Part shown: positions 1 through 10,173 of the stretch, one piece after another
Layout of the letters: each line of letters opens with the position of its first letter
How positions within the stretch are numbered: position 1 is the stretch's first letter
Source: Planctomycetota bacterium
GTDB taxonomy: Bacteria > Planctomycetota > Planctomycetia > Pirellulales > Pirellulaceae
Assembly: GCA_963578105.1 (NCBI GenBank)
Contig: CAUZBP010000013.1
Span: 8,562-72,561 of the forward strand
DNA: 64,000 nt
Direction of reading: 5' to 3'
Position numbers and translations under genes: made by a program
Notes under the pieces: generated by a model
Databases searched by the model: none
The model's input: only the letters and a program-made list of their open reading frames with translations
What the model was told of the DNA's origin: nothing

Positions 1-1320
1 GGGTCGGTTTATCTTGGAGAACATTTACTGATGCGCAGGCGCGCGGCAGTGAAGGTGCTTCCTTCCAAACAAATCAGCCGTCGCCCCTCGATGCTTGAAC
101 GCTTTCGGCGCGAAGCTCAAGCCGTGGCCGCACTTGACCATTTAAATATTGTGCGGGCATACGAATTCAACAAGGAGTTACTGGACAAGGTTGACGTCTA
201 TTACCTGGCGATGGAATTGGTCCAGGGAGAGGATCTGCAACAACTGGTAGCCAAGTGCAAAGCCAATAAGCGATTTTTGGATTTCGTTCTTGCCGTTGAC
301 TATATCCGCCAGGCAGCTTTGGGTTTGGCCCATGCCCATGAGGCTGGTTTAGTCCATCGCGACATCAAGCCGGCCAACCTGTTCATCGACGACAAGGGGG
401 TCGTTAAGATTCTGGACTTGGGTCTTGTCAAGTCATTTGAGGAGCCCGAAGATTCGTCTTCGTTAACAGGCGAGCACGAGAACACGGTATTAGGCACCGC
501 GGACTACTTGGCTCCCGAACAGGCAGTCAGCAGTCGCGATGTTGATGCGAGGGCAGATATCTATGCGCTGGGACACACCCTCTATTATGCGATCACTGGT
601 CGTCCTCCTTTTCCGAAGGGGACGATTCATCAACGCATCATGGCGCATCAATCCCGCCACGCCGAATCTGTTTTTAAGACGAGGCCCGATACGCCCCCGG
701 ATCTGGTGAAGATCATTGACAAAATGGTTGCCAAAAAGGCAAGCCATCGCTATCAAACTTCCAATCAGGTAGCCGAAGCGCTGTCCGACTGGCTTTTTGA
801 AAATGCGCCGGACGAGTGGATTCTGGACCATCCGGGGCTCCGCGGCAATCGGTCCGATAGCAGCTTGCTGTCAGGTCATGATCCAAACTTGGACCCGTCG
901 GAACTTTCCGGAGACAATGAACTAGACTTGATGCCATTGGGTGACGAGAAGTCTCAGAAGGGTGCCACCGAGAAGAAATCGCAAACAGAATCGAGACCGG
1001 ACAAGAAGACGAAAGTCAAAAAGAAAATTAAGCGGGAAGTTCCGCCAGCCGATCGTGCGAAGTCACCGAAGGGAACAACGGTTCTTTCTGGTGGAGTGCT
1101 GCCCATGTTGGAACGAGATCCAAACACTGCACTCCTGGAAATTGAGCCCGCATCCAATGCCAGTCGGGAACTGCGGCCGCTTCGGCAGGTAGGCAGTCTT
1201 TGGTCCATCACAGGTCTTGCCCAGCGTCTGCAAGTCCCAAGTTTTGTTGTCGCAATTGCAATGGTGCTGTTGATTGTTTTGATCCTGGCGATGGCCGCGC
1301 TCGTTTTCAACCACATTTAG
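1..1320 (+). CDS. Hanks-type Ser/Thr protein kinase, 5'-truncated by the window edge, with a C-terminal tail-anchor helix
   Basis: Frame 1 is open from nt 1 (GSVYLGEHLL precedes the first Met), so the Gly-rich loop lies upstream of the window. It has VAIK-like AAVKVL, catalytic loop HRDIKPANL, DLG (DFG equivalent) and ADYLAPE. A Lys-rich linker (KKTKVKKKIKR) follows, then a terminal hydrophobic helix FVVAIAMVLLIVLILAMAALVF 5 residues before the stop. Confidence 0.9.
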   Translation, partial: GSVYLGEHLLMRRRAAVKVLPSKQISRRPSMLERFRREAQAVAALDHLNIVRAYEFNKELLDKVDVYYLAMELVQGEDLQQLVAKCKANKRFLDFVLAVDYIRQAALGLAHAHEAGLVHRDIKPANLFIDDKGVVKILDLGLVKSFEEPEDSSSLTGEHENTVLGTADYLAPEQAVSSRDVDARADIYALGHTLYYAITGRPPFPKGTIHQRIMAHQSRHAESVFKTRPDTPPDLVKIIDKMVAKKASHRYQTSNQVAEALSDWLFENAPDEWILDHPGLRGNRSDSSLLSGHDPNLDPSELSGDNELDLMPLGDEKSQKGATEKKSQTESRPDKKTKVKKKIKREVPPADRAKSPKGTTVLSGGVLPMLERDPNTALLEIEPASNASRELRPLRQVGSLWSITGLAQRLQVPSFVVAIAMVLLIVLILAMAALVFNHI

Positions 1321-1977
1321 GAGAGTACCAAGTCGCTGGCGCAAATTTTCTGGCAGTGTCTAACGATCGCTGCGAACCTGAAGTGCTAGCTGTATGCTGT
1401 CAACGGTTATCACTCGGGCAGACCGCTGACCTCTCAAAATCAGGAGTCCCACCCGTTCCGCAAACGTGGCCCGCTGCAGGGGCGATGGTACCGTGGGGCT
1501 TGTGAGAGAACATTCCATGGAGCCGTCCCGGGATCTTTGTACTGCCCGGTATGAAGCAGGTCTCCGAGAATGAACAGCTCGTATTCATGGTGTTCAGGAG
1601 AGTTCGCTTCATTTTCTCGGGAAAGTAGCCAAAATGAGAACGGACATTTTCCCCCTCTGTCTGCCCACACTTCTCGGAACATCTTCAGGAACATGACCGG
1701 AGTTATTTAGGGAAACCCTTGGAAACGCGGCGAATGGTGAATGCGGGTGGAAAGTTGCATCCTGTCAGTCCCAAAAGCTCGCTTGACAAGCCTCGGTTTG
1801 AATCTTTTCTCTTGCTTTGACCGATGGCTTAGGCTAAATCTCAGAAAAGTTTGCTAGGATAAAGTGTTCCCGCTCATGTCTACATTCAGAAGTGCCAGGA
1901 CAGCGTTGAGAAATGCAAGAGCTGATTACACAAGTTTTCAGGCATGCAAACACATCCTCGAAGAAAGGTGAGCCGAG

Positions 1978-2652
1978 ATGTTTAATAATAAAGCGATGCT
2001 TTTAGCATTGTTGATGGGCACGGGAATGGGGTTCTGGCTGGAAGCCGAGTCGTTCGGCCAATCGCGGCGGGGACGAGGTCGTGGTGCCACTGATTTTGCG
2101 CCACAGAAACGAATGCGGCCCCAAGGTCGCCAGCAGTTTTCCGCCCCCAGTAACAGGAATTCCGCAGGCGTTTCCAGGGGCAGCAGTCGAGGTGGTAGAC
2201 AAAGATCGCCCCGCATCAATCAATTTCGCACTTCACAGCAACCTCGAGCAACGGGACAGGGATTTTCCGGAGGTTACGGTCCCCAAAATTCTGGTTACCT
2301 TCCCAGTACCGGTTTGAATCCGCGTTCGGATGGTCTACTGAATGACGTACAGATTATTCCGCAGCATCGTCGTCCATATCGCAACCCAATGAACCAGAGC
2401 TATACCGCAGACGTGAGACAGCTGCCGCACGTCGATTTTGTAGGCGAAGAGAGCGTTCCAGCGACCAGAGAGTGGGTGGACAACACTGGCACATTTACGA
2501 TTGCGGGACGACTGGTTTCCATCCTGGGCAACAAGATTCGTATCATCAAAGAGAATGGGTATACAACGACTGTTCCCCTGCGTCGTCTCAGTCGAGATGA
2601 CGTGCAGTACCTGGAAAATATCGTTAGCGGCCGCGAGAGCGATGAGTCGTAG
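1978..2652 (+). CDS. Secreted protein with an RG/SQ-rich low-complexity linker and a C-terminal SHD1 (SLA1 homology 1)-like domain
   Basis: ATG start with AGGTGA about 7 nt upstream. Signal-like N-terminus MLLALLMGTGMGFWLEAESFG. The C-terminal WVDNTGTFTIAGRLVSILGNKIRIIKENGYTTTVPLRRLSRDDVQYL fits the SHD1 pattern that recurs in planctomycetal secreted proteins. Confidence 0.65.
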   Translation: MFNNKAMLLALLMGTGMGFWLEAESFGQSRRGRGRGATDFAPQKRMRPQGRQQFSAPSNRNSAGVSRGSSRGGRQRSPRINQFRTSQQPRATGQGFSGGYGPQNSGYLPSTGLNPRSDGLLNDVQIIPQHRRPYRNPMNQSYTADVRQLPHVDFVGEESVPATREWVDNTGTFTIAGRLVSILGNKIRIIKENGYTTTVPLRRLSRDDVQYLENIVSGRESDES

Positions 2653-2697
2653 TTGGCCGGTCCCACGATAGGGCCCTGCGATAGGACGATTGTCGCT

Positions 2698-3795
2698 TCA
2701 TGGAGCAGAATCGGCACGGTCCGCAGTCAGCTTCTCACGATAGTTCAACAGATGTTTTTTGAGAGCATCGCCTTCTGCTAAATCGATGGCCTTATCCAGC
2801 ACCAGAATGGCCTCGTCGGTCATTTCAGAATAGGCTAGAAGCTTTGATTTGTAGAAATAAAGCGGCACTTGGTCGACAAGGTCGGTAGTATTGGCGATTG
2901 CATCGTCAAAGACTTTGAGTGCATCAGTCAGGCGATTGGCTTCTACCAGAACCTCAATTTTGATCAATGTTATCTCAACACCCAACTCTCCGCTGGATTT
3001 GAATTTGCGCTCTACTTGCTCGATTCTCTCCAAGGATTTTTCTACTCCGGCCTCTTGAAGAATTCCAAAAACTTCCGCTCCGAGCTCTTGAATCTCCCTC
3101 GAATTCAACATTTGTTGGTAGCCTGCCAACATTTTTTCATATTTCGATTTTAAACCTGCCGAATCCTGAGCATCCAGTTGCAGGATCAGTTGCACCAGTT
3201 CGCCGTATCCCGTCATGGCAAAGCTAATGCCCACCGTTTCCAGAGCTTGGTCGAGATACCGTGCTTGGTCAGATCCTTCCACACTTTTTGCCAAATCAAG
3301 TAATTCGTTACGTCGCTCACGAGTTTGACGCAATTCGTGTAGATTTGTCAGGTATCTCTGCGGCCCACCAGGTAAGTAACCCGTTTTTGCATAAGGACGC
3401 CCTTCTGCATCCAACAAGTAAACCGTTGGATAACCGGGGGGGAACAACTTTGTTCTCCAGCTCTCGTTTTGTTCGATCAACTCCGGCGATTGGTTTGATC
3501 GATCGTTGGGAAAGTCCAATTCGACCAATACAAAATGTTCTTTGGCTTGTTCCAAGAATCTTTGTTGGCGAAACACTTCGCTGCTGAGTTGTACGCAGAT
3601 GGGACACCAATCTGAACCGGTAAAGTTCATCAGCAGGTCCTTATTCTCGGCTGCCGCCTGCTCCATCGCCTTGGTGATATCAGTCGTCCAGCCGGGGGTG
3701 GCGGCGACAACAGGTGTCAAGCAGCAGGTTCCCAGCAACAGCATCGGTAGGAGAGCAATAAGAGACAGCCGAAGACTTTTAGCGGACACAGCCAT
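2698..3795 (-). CDS. Secreted thioredoxin-fold protein (WCPIC redox motif) with an alpha-helical TPR-like C-terminal half
   Basis: ATG start. Signal peptide MAVSAKSLRLSLIALLPMLLLGTCCLTPVVAA. Thioredoxin-like core DLLMNFTGSDWCPICVQLSSEVF...YPTVYLLDAEGRPY. The C-terminus is helical repeats. Confidence 0.8.
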   Translation of the reverse strand: MAVSAKSLRLSLIALLPMLLLGTCCLTPVVAATPGWTTDITKAMEQAAAENKDLLMNFTGSDWCPICVQLSSEVFRQQRFLEQAKEHFVLVELDFPNDRSNQSPELIEQNESWRTKLFPPGYPTVYLLDAEGRPYAKTGYLPGGPQRYLTNLHELRQTRERRNELLDLAKSVEGSDQARYLDQALETVGISFAMTGYGELVQLILQLDAQDSAGLKSKYEKMLAGYQQMLNSREIQELGAEVFGILQEAGVEKSLERIEQVERKFKSSGELGVEITLIKIEVLVEANRLTDALKVFDDAIANTTDLVDQVPLYFYKSKLLAYSEMTDEAILVLDKAIDLAEGDALKKHLLNYREKLTADRADSAP

Positions 3796-4287
3796 ATTTC
3801 ATACTCCAGGGGACTCAAGGCGAACCAATTTTTCTGGGAAGGCGATTGAGTGAACAGAACGGGTAGACAATGTACGGGCTCAATTTCTGGGAAATCTAGT
3901 TGCCAGGAACGGAACCTGACAGGGTTAAGAATACCCAGAAAAAATCTCTTTACATTATTTCCGGAAACAAATTTTAAAACAAGTGTCCCGCAAGTTTGTT
4001 TCGCTTCTCCTGGTCGGCAGATTGGAGATAATTCGGTGCAAATTCCCCAGCCAAGAGTTTTCGATCTGAATTTCAGCCAGCGCCGTCATTCACCGAACAA
4101 ATCACGTGGTGTCAGATTTGTTTTCGGGTGGGAAGATCAAACCCTGAATCCGATAGGATGCGTCGCTCGTGTACTGTACTCGAGCCTACGACGTACGGAA
4201 AACGACGGAACGGAAGGACCTGAATAGAAACACCGAAGAAGTGATTTGAAATCCGTGTTGTATAACCGCTGAATGTTTGTGAGCGGT

Positions 4288-4539
4288 TCAATCGTCCTGT
4301 GAGTCTCGCTCCACGTCGGAACTCCAGTTGTCGACAGAAGGGTCACCAGCCTGCTGGTCCAAGCGCTTTTCCAGCGATCGAATTCGGTTTGTCGTTTCTT
4401 GCTGCTGTTGGCTCTGATCGACCAAGGCAGCGTTTAGGTCGTCCAGACTTTGTTGTAGATGGGTCATGAGAGATTCCAGCTGGACAACTCGAGCATGCAT
4501 GTTTTGAAGTTCATGAAGGTTGGTCAAAGTCCCACTCAC
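4288..4539 (-). CDS. slyX: SlyX-family coiled-coil protein
   Basis: Short coiled-coil ORF. RVVQLESLMTHLQQSLDDLNAALVDQSQQQQETTNRIRSLEKRL follows the SlyX heptad pattern. The track start at 4539 is GTG; an in-frame ATG at 4500 (MHARVVQLES) would give the typical ~70-aa size. Confidence 0.6.
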   Translation of the reverse strand: MSGTLTNLHELQNMHARVVQLESLMTHLQQSLDDLNAALVDQSQQQQETTNRIRSLEKRLDQQAGDPSVDNWSSDVERDSQDD

Positions 4540-4850
4540 TTTCCGCCATCGGGCCGGTTCTCTGAGATACGCCGCATCTTAATTCAATTGTCAACGTCGA
4601 ACACGACGAACTCTAGAAAAATTGGTTCAAAAGCACTTATTCTACCCGTCGAATCAAGTAACTTTGAGTCCCTGACGGGTTTCTCTCACCTCCTCGCACG
4701 TTGACGACATTGCAAGAATCGCAGTACACTTATGGGCTTAAAGTCGCGCTTCGGGCTCTGGTGACGAGTCCTTGCCGCGAAAAAACAAAGCCGCGGGTTG
4801 CACCGCTGCAAGAGTAGTTTAACACGAGGATGGCAAGGGTATTCCGCTTC

Positions 4851-6917
4851 ATGTCGACAGCCACCACGAGCATCGAACAGCTCGCTATTAACACGATTCG
4901 CACTCTTTCGATGGATGCTGTTCAGCAGGCCAACAGCGGTCATCCGGGTACTCCGATGGCACTCGCCCCTGCTGTTTACACCCTTTGGAATGAGTTCCTG
5001 CGCTTCGATCCTGAAGCACCCCAGTGGATGGACCGTGATCGCTTTGTCCTGTCGTGTGGACATGCTTCCATGCTCCTTTACTCGATCTTACACCTGACGG
5101 GCGTACGAAAAACAGATGCTGCGGGCAAGGTTTTGCCGGGCCCATCCGTCAGCCTGGACGACATCAGGAATTTTCGCCAGTTTGCCAGTCCATGTGCCGG
5201 CCATCCGGAATTTGGCGAGGTAGCCGGCATCGAAACAACCACAGGGCCTTTGGGCCAGGGCATCGCCAGCAGTGTTGGTTTGGCCGCAAGTGCCAAGTGG
5301 TTAGCGGCCCGTTACAATCGTCCGGACTTCGAGTTGTTTGGATTCCGAGTCTATGCTCTTTGCAGCGACGGTGACCTGATGGAAGGAGTGGGTTGCGAAG
5401 CGGCCTCTTTGGCGGGTCACCTGAAGTTGTCTAACCTGTGCTGGATCTATGATGACAATCACATCACGATTGAGGGTGGTACCGATTTAGCCTTTTCAGA
5501 AAGTGTGGGTCAGCGGTTTGCAGGCCTGGGCTGGAACACGGTCGAGGTTCACAACGCCAATGATTTGGAAGCCATTCGAGCGGCCTTTCGAACGTTTCAG
5601 CAAACAGAAGATCGTCCCACGATTATTATTCTGCGTAGCACGATTGGCTACGGGGCTCCAAACAAGGCGGGCACGGCAGAAGCTCATGGTGCTCCCTTAG
5701 GAGAAGACGAGATCCGTCTGGCAAAAGAGGTTTATGGCTGGCCCGAAGACGAAAAATTCTTTGTTCCCCCGGGCGTTCAAGATCACTTTGTTGCTGGAAT
5801 CGGCAAGCGTGGTAAACAGGCTCGCCTGGAATGGGAACAATGTTTTCAATCTTATCATTCAGCACATCCGGAATTGGCGGTACAAATCAATCACATTCGC
5901 AGTGGGACCCTGCCCGGAAATTGGGACGAATATCTCCCGAGGTTCGATGTTAGTTCCGGGTCTGCGGCGACGCGGGGAACATCAGGAAAAGTGTTGAATG
6001 GATTGGCCCGCGGATTACCGTGGTTGCTAGGCGGTTCTGCCGATTTGGCACCTTCCACGAAAACTCTCATTACTGACGAAGAGGCCGGACACTTTTCAAG
6101 TGATAATTACGCTGGACGAAACTTTCATTTCGGAGTTCGCGAACAAGCCATGGCTGCAATGGGTAACGGTTTGGCCTTGGTAGGTCTGCGTCCCTACGTA
6201 GCGACTTTCTTTGTCTTCAGCGACTATTTGCGTCCTGCAATGCGTTTAAGTGCTTTTATGAAACAGCCGGTACTCTACGTCTTCACCCACGATTCCATTG
6301 GCTTGGGAGAGGACGGACCGACCCATCAGCCGGTGGAACACCTGGCTGCTGCCCGCGCAATTCCCGGGCTGATCGTAGCTCGACCCGGAGATGCCAACGA
6401 GGTCACTGAATTGTATCGTGCACTGGTACCCATCACCGATCAACCAGTGGCGATGGTTCTAACCCGTCAAAATATATCGACTTGGGACCGGGAGCAATAT
6501 GCTCCCGCTGCAGGGGCGGCTCGAGGAGCCTATGTGTTGTCGGATTCCACTGATGGCGAACCAGAGCTGATTTTGATCGGAACCGGCAGCGAAGTTTCAC
6601 TCTGTCTTGAAGCTCAAGATGCCCTTGCTGCCCAGGAGAGGAGTGTGCGCGTGGTGAGTATGCCTTCCTGGGAGCTGTTTGAAATGCAGGAAGAAGCGTA
6701 TCGTGAATCGGTTTTACCTTCTGCGATCAAGGCTCGTATTGCTGTTGAAGCGGGAATTCGTCAAGGTTGGGACCGCTACATCGGCAGCGAGGGAAGATTT
6801 GTAGGCATGTCTACGTTCGGAGCTTCGGCGCCCTACGAAAAACTTTATAGCCATTTTGGGATCACAACTGCTAGGATTCTTGAAGAAGCAGCGGAAATTG
6901 AAGTTGCGGGAAGATGA
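4851..6917 (+). CDS. tkt: Transketolase
   Basis: IRTLSMDAVQQANSGHPGTPMALAP (ThDP-binding N-terminus) and THDSIGLGEDGPTHQPVEHL (transketolase signature). I prefer the ATG at 4851 (MSTATTSIEQLAIN) because the N-terminal length then matches known Tkt proteins; the track start at 4830 has GAGG directly abutting its ATG. Confidence 0.95.
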   Translation: MSTATTSIEQLAINTIRTLSMDAVQQANSGHPGTPMALAPAVYTLWNEFLRFDPEAPQWMDRDRFVLSCGHASMLLYSILHLTGVRKTDAAGKVLPGPSVSLDDIRNFRQFASPCAGHPEFGEVAGIETTTGPLGQGIASSVGLAASAKWLAARYNRPDFELFGFRVYALCSDGDLMEGVGCEAASLAGHLKLSNLCWIYDDNHITIEGGTDLAFSESVGQRFAGLGWNTVEVHNANDLEAIRAAFRTFQQTEDRPTIIILRSTIGYGAPNKAGTAEAHGAPLGEDEIRLAKEVYGWPEDEKFFVPPGVQDHFVAGIGKRGKQARLEWEQCFQSYHSAHPELAVQINHIRSGTLPGNWDEYLPRFDVSSGSAATRGTSGKVLNGLARGLPWLLGGSADLAPSTKTLITDEEAGHFSSDNYAGRNFHFGVREQAMAAMGNGLALVGLRPYVATFFVFSDYLRPAMRLSAFMKQPVLYVFTHDSIGLGEDGPTHQPVEHLAAARAIPGLIVARPGDANEVTELYRALVPITDQPVAMVLTRQNISTWDREQYAPAAGAARGAYVLSDSTDGEPELILIGTGSEVSLCLEAQDALAAQERSVRVVSMPSWELFEMQEEAYRESVLPSAIKARIAVEAGIRQGWDRYIGSEGRFVGMSTFGASAPYEKLYSHFGITTARILEEAAEIEVAGR

Positions 6918-7077
6918 AGATCGCAGCTACGTTTTCAATCTTGGCCAGAGTAATGCGGCAAGAGAGTTAAAAACTGATTGAATGCTGCGGAGGGCCACAC
7001 CAAGTCCGCGGAAACAAACATTTCAAATTCCAACCTGCCATCGGTGATTGTCGTTCTGGCCGGTAGAAAGCTTGATC

Positions 7078-7914
7078 ATGCCCAAATATGTTGTTCGCTA
7101 CGGTGTGCTGCGAGCGCTGGGCGTCTTTGGCACGCGCGGAAATGATTCTTATGCGCGTGGCGCCAGTGTGATTACCCGCACGACTCGAGGCCTGGAGGTG
7201 GGCGATGTTCTGTGTGAAGCAACCGACGAGGCTGTCTCGACACTGCAAAATCCCACGCACGGCCAAATCCTGCGAGGAATGTCAGCAGATGACAATAATG
7301 AATTTTCTCACATGCAATCTGGCGTTTCCGGTGCGTTTGAAATTTGTCAGAAGTACACCAAGAAGTTGCAACTTCCCATGCAATTGATCGACATTGAACA
7401 TCTCTTTGGCGGTGAGCGCATTGTGATTTACTATCTTGCCGAAGGACGTGTTGATTTTCGGGAGTTGGTAAAGCAGTTGGCGGCCGAATTTCAGACGCGC
7501 ATTGAAATGCGTCAGATTGGTGTGCGGGATGAGGCCAAATTGCTCGCTGATTATGGAGATTGTGGTAAACCGGTTTGTTGTAATACACATCTTAGCGAAA
7601 TGCCTCCAGTGTCCGTGAAGATGGCCAAACTTCAGAAAGCCACTTTGGATCCCACGAAAATATCCGGGCGCTGCGGACGTCTCAAGTGTTGTTTGCGCTA
7701 CGAGTACAGTACTTATGAAGAAATGCAGAAAGAGTTACCTCGGATTGGATCCGAAGTTATCACGGAGAAAGGGCGTGCCCGAGTCCTGAACCAAGAAATC
7801 CTCACCGGACAGCTGTTAATTGAAACCGAGGATCATCGTCGCGTTTTGATCGATTCAAGTGAGGTATTGACGGTGATCGAACAAAAGTCTGGATCAGGTC
7901 GTCAGTCCAAGTGA
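7078..7914 (+). CDS. PSP1 domain protein (RicT/YaaT-like)
   Basis: ATG at 7078 (MPKYVVRYG...). PSP1 C-terminal pattern IVIYYLAEGRVDFRELVKQLAAEFQTRIEMRQIGVRDEAKLLADYGDCGKPVCCNTHL...CGRLKCCLRYE. Confidence 0.85.
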   Translation: MPKYVVRYGVLRALGVFGTRGNDSYARGASVITRTTRGLEVGDVLCEATDEAVSTLQNPTHGQILRGMSADDNNEFSHMQSGVSGAFEICQKYTKKLQLPMQLIDIEHLFGGERIVIYYLAEGRVDFRELVKQLAAEFQTRIEMRQIGVRDEAKLLADYGDCGKPVCCNTHLSEMPPVSVKMAKLQKATLDPTKISGRCGRLKCCLRYEYSTYEEMQKELPRIGSEVITEKGRARVLNQEILTGQLLIETEDHRRVLIDSSEVLTVIEQKSGSGRQSK

Positions 7915-8195
7915 AAATCCGCGAAATCACCGATTCCAGACAGCGACAAATCGACCACTGTTCCGCAACCCCCCAAGGAGAGTTCGGACGAGGCCAACGA
8001 TTGAATGTCGGACGTCAGGACAATGACACACGGGCAGGCGCACAAAACAGAAGGGCCTGGTGTGAGGCTCATAACGACGAGTGGGTTGCGCGACGAGAGA
8101 ACGTTTGTTTTCATCGTTCAACTACGAAACTCAACATGCGACAGGTAACAGTAATATCCGTCCTATAATACACAACCGACTCCAGGTATGACGCC

Positions 8196-8612
8196 ATGTC
8201 CGATGCTCAACTGATTCTGATGAAACTGGTTGAAAGTGATTTGAGATACAAACTGGATGCCTACTTGTTCGTTCGTGATGGGTTAACCTACGCCCAGGAT
8301 GTTTTACACGTCGGTGCTGACGAAGACGAGGTAGAGAGTTCCCCTGAGACAGAGAGAGAAAAACATCTGACGGGTCAGCAACTCTGCGAAGCGCTCAGAA
8401 AATATGCGTTGGACCAATACGGCTATATGGCCAAGACGGTTTTGAACAGTTGGGGATTGACCAGCACCAGCGACTTTGGCGAGGTGGTCTACAACATGAT
8501 TGGCGAAAAGTTGATGAAAAAGTCGGAATCGGATCAACGAAAAGATTTTGACGACATCTTTGATTTTGAGGCAGCATTCCAGCAAAATTTTGATATTTCA
8601 TTGCCCGAGTAA
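8196..8612 (+). CDS. Conserved hypothetical protein; resembles the small Planctomycetes/Verrucomicrobia 'Minf_1886'-type family
   Basis: 138-aa ORF with an ATG start and no competing ORF. The composition is globular, with an acidic insert. The family assignment is from memory of similar proteins only. Confidence 0.55.
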   Translation: MSDAQLILMKLVESDLRYKLDAYLFVRDGLTYAQDVLHVGADEDEVESSPETEREKHLTGQQLCEALRKYALDQYGYMAKTVLNSWGLTSTSDFGEVVYNMIGEKLMKKSESDQRKDFDDIFDFEAAFQQNFDISLPE

Positions 8613-8627
8613 GTAGGACGGGCCACC

Positions 8628-8849
8628 ATGGCTAAACTCAATAAGCAGCGTTTGGGGGTCGCGGTGACTGGCAATCCCGGTCCGGCGGAACGTGTGCAGG
8701 AGGTGCAGGCCCTTGGTGAGCGGCACTTCCCTGCACCTCGTCCATTTCGCCGCAACGTTTTTTTTCTGGTGGTATGCGGTCTCTTGCTGGCTGGCTGGTT
8801 GCTTTTCCTGTTGACCCTGGCGGGAATTGAAGTCTTTTGCCAGGGTTGA
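8628..8849 (+). CDS. Small hypothetical membrane protein (single C-terminal TM helix)
   Basis: 73-aa ORF starting 16 nt after the previous stop. C-terminal helix VFFLVVCGLLLAGWLLFLLTLAGI. I recognise no homology. Confidence 0.35.
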   Translation: MAKLNKQRLGVAVTGNPGPAERVQEVQALGERHFPAPRPFRRNVFFLVVCGLLLAGWLLFLLTLAGIEVFCQG

Positions 8850-9087
8850 TAGTTACATGCATCTTGGGGCCCCAAGTGTCTCTCTCGTTTTCCCGTGAAG
8901 AAGGCAACCAATCTTTCATGATTTGTTGGGATGACCGTGGCACGGTCGATGTCAATCCGTTCGTCAGATGAATAATAGACTACGATTGGGTCGTTGAAGT
9001 TGCGGATTGGGGACTGTCCTCTAGCACCTCTGTTTTCTTCGAATCCCAGTCGGCCGTCCTTTGACCTCGTAACCCCTGGGCATCGAA

Positions 9088-10119
9088 ATGAAAATCGGAC
9101 TAGTTAGTTATCAAGGTTCTGGAAAAAGCACTCTGTTTGAGTGGCTTACCCAAATCACACCTGATCCCGCATTGGCCCACTCGTCTCAGTCAGCCATGGC
9201 CGTGATACCCGATCAACGTGTGGAACCGTTGTGTGAAATCTACCATCCCAAAAAAATTACCCTGGCGCAGTTGGAATTTGTGGATACTCCTGGTCTGAGC
9301 CGTACGCACGAGGGCAACGCGGCTCGTTTGGCACAAATCCGCGAAGCGGGTTGCCTGGTCGTAGTCGTGGCGGCTTTTGAACGGGATGCCGACCCGATAT
9401 CGGATTTGAAAAGCTTCGACGAAGACCTGTTGCTGGCGGATCTAGAGATCGTTACAGGACGGATTAACCGCTTGCGCGAGTCGATAAAAAAACCACGTCC
9501 CGATCGCGACCAGCAACAAGCAGAGCTGGCAGCCTTGGAGCCCATTGCGGAGTCCCTCGGGCGAGGAGAAAGCCTGCAGTTGAACGAACTGACAGATGAA
9601 CAGCAGAGGATGACGCGTTCATTTCAAATGCTGACACAAAAGCCACGGTTTGTCATCCTGAATGTCGCAGAAGATGCTACGGATACAGAGTCCCTCGTGG
9701 CTCAGGTACCCGGGGAAGGAACCTGTGTTGCTGTGTCGCTGCGGTTGGAGCTTGAACTCACCCAACTCGAACCAGAAGAGCGGAAACAATTTTTAAGCGA
9801 GATGGAGATCCAGGCAACGGATCGAGATGGTTTGTTGCGGATGCTGATGGATATCTCCAATCAATTACTTTTCTTCACTGCAGGTGACAAGGAGGTTCGT
9901 ACTTGGTTGCTACGTAAAGGTGCTTCCGCGATGGAGGCAGCCGGAAATATTCACACGGATATGGCTCGCGGTTTCATTCGAGCGGAAACAATGAAGAGCG
10001 AAGACTTGATCCGACTCGGTGGCGAACGTGAAATGAAAGCCGAAAATCTTGTTCGTCAGGAGCCGAAGGATTACATTGTCGAAGAAGGTGATGTGTTGTT
10101 GTTCCGGTTTAACGTTTAG
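9088..10119 (+). CDS. YchF-like GTPase/ATPase (divergent P-loop, DUF933/TGS-like C-terminus)
   Basis: P-loop MKIGLVSYQGSGKSTLFEWLT, FVDTPGL (switch II), and a helical insert. YchF-type C-terminus FFTAGDKEVRTWLLRKGASAMEAAGNIHTDMARGFIRAE...EGDVLLFRFNV. Confidence 0.85.
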   Translation: MKIGLVSYQGSGKSTLFEWLTQITPDPALAHSSQSAMAVIPDQRVEPLCEIYHPKKITLAQLEFVDTPGLSRTHEGNAARLAQIREAGCLVVVVAAFERDADPISDLKSFDEDLLLADLEIVTGRINRLRESIKKPRPDRDQQQAELAALEPIAESLGRGESLQLNELTDEQQRMTRSFQMLTQKPRFVILNVAEDATDTESLVAQVPGEGTCVAVSLRLELELTQLEPEERKQFLSEMEIQATDRDGLLRMLMDISNQLLFFTAGDKEVRTWLLRKGASAMEAAGNIHTDMARGFIRAETMKSEDLIRLGGEREMKAENLVRQEPKDYIVEEGDVLLFRFNV

Positions 10120-10173
10120 GACTGCTGGCAAACACGTCGGGGTTCCAATTTTTCAAACGGACGGAGATTGCAA

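Noticed and set aside
2487-2504. Sigma-54-like TGGCAC...TTGC.
   Set aside because: The GG-to-GC spacing is 3 nt too long relative to the TGGCAC-N5-TTGC consensus, and the site is inside the SHD1-protein coding region.
4264-4288. Hairpin AACCGCT-N11-AGCGGTT abutting the slyX stop. A similar case is GAACCG-N8-CGGTTC at 13317-13336 after the zinc-ribbon gene.
   Set aside because: Neither is followed by a U-tract on the transcribed (minus) strand, so I do not call them intrinsic terminators.
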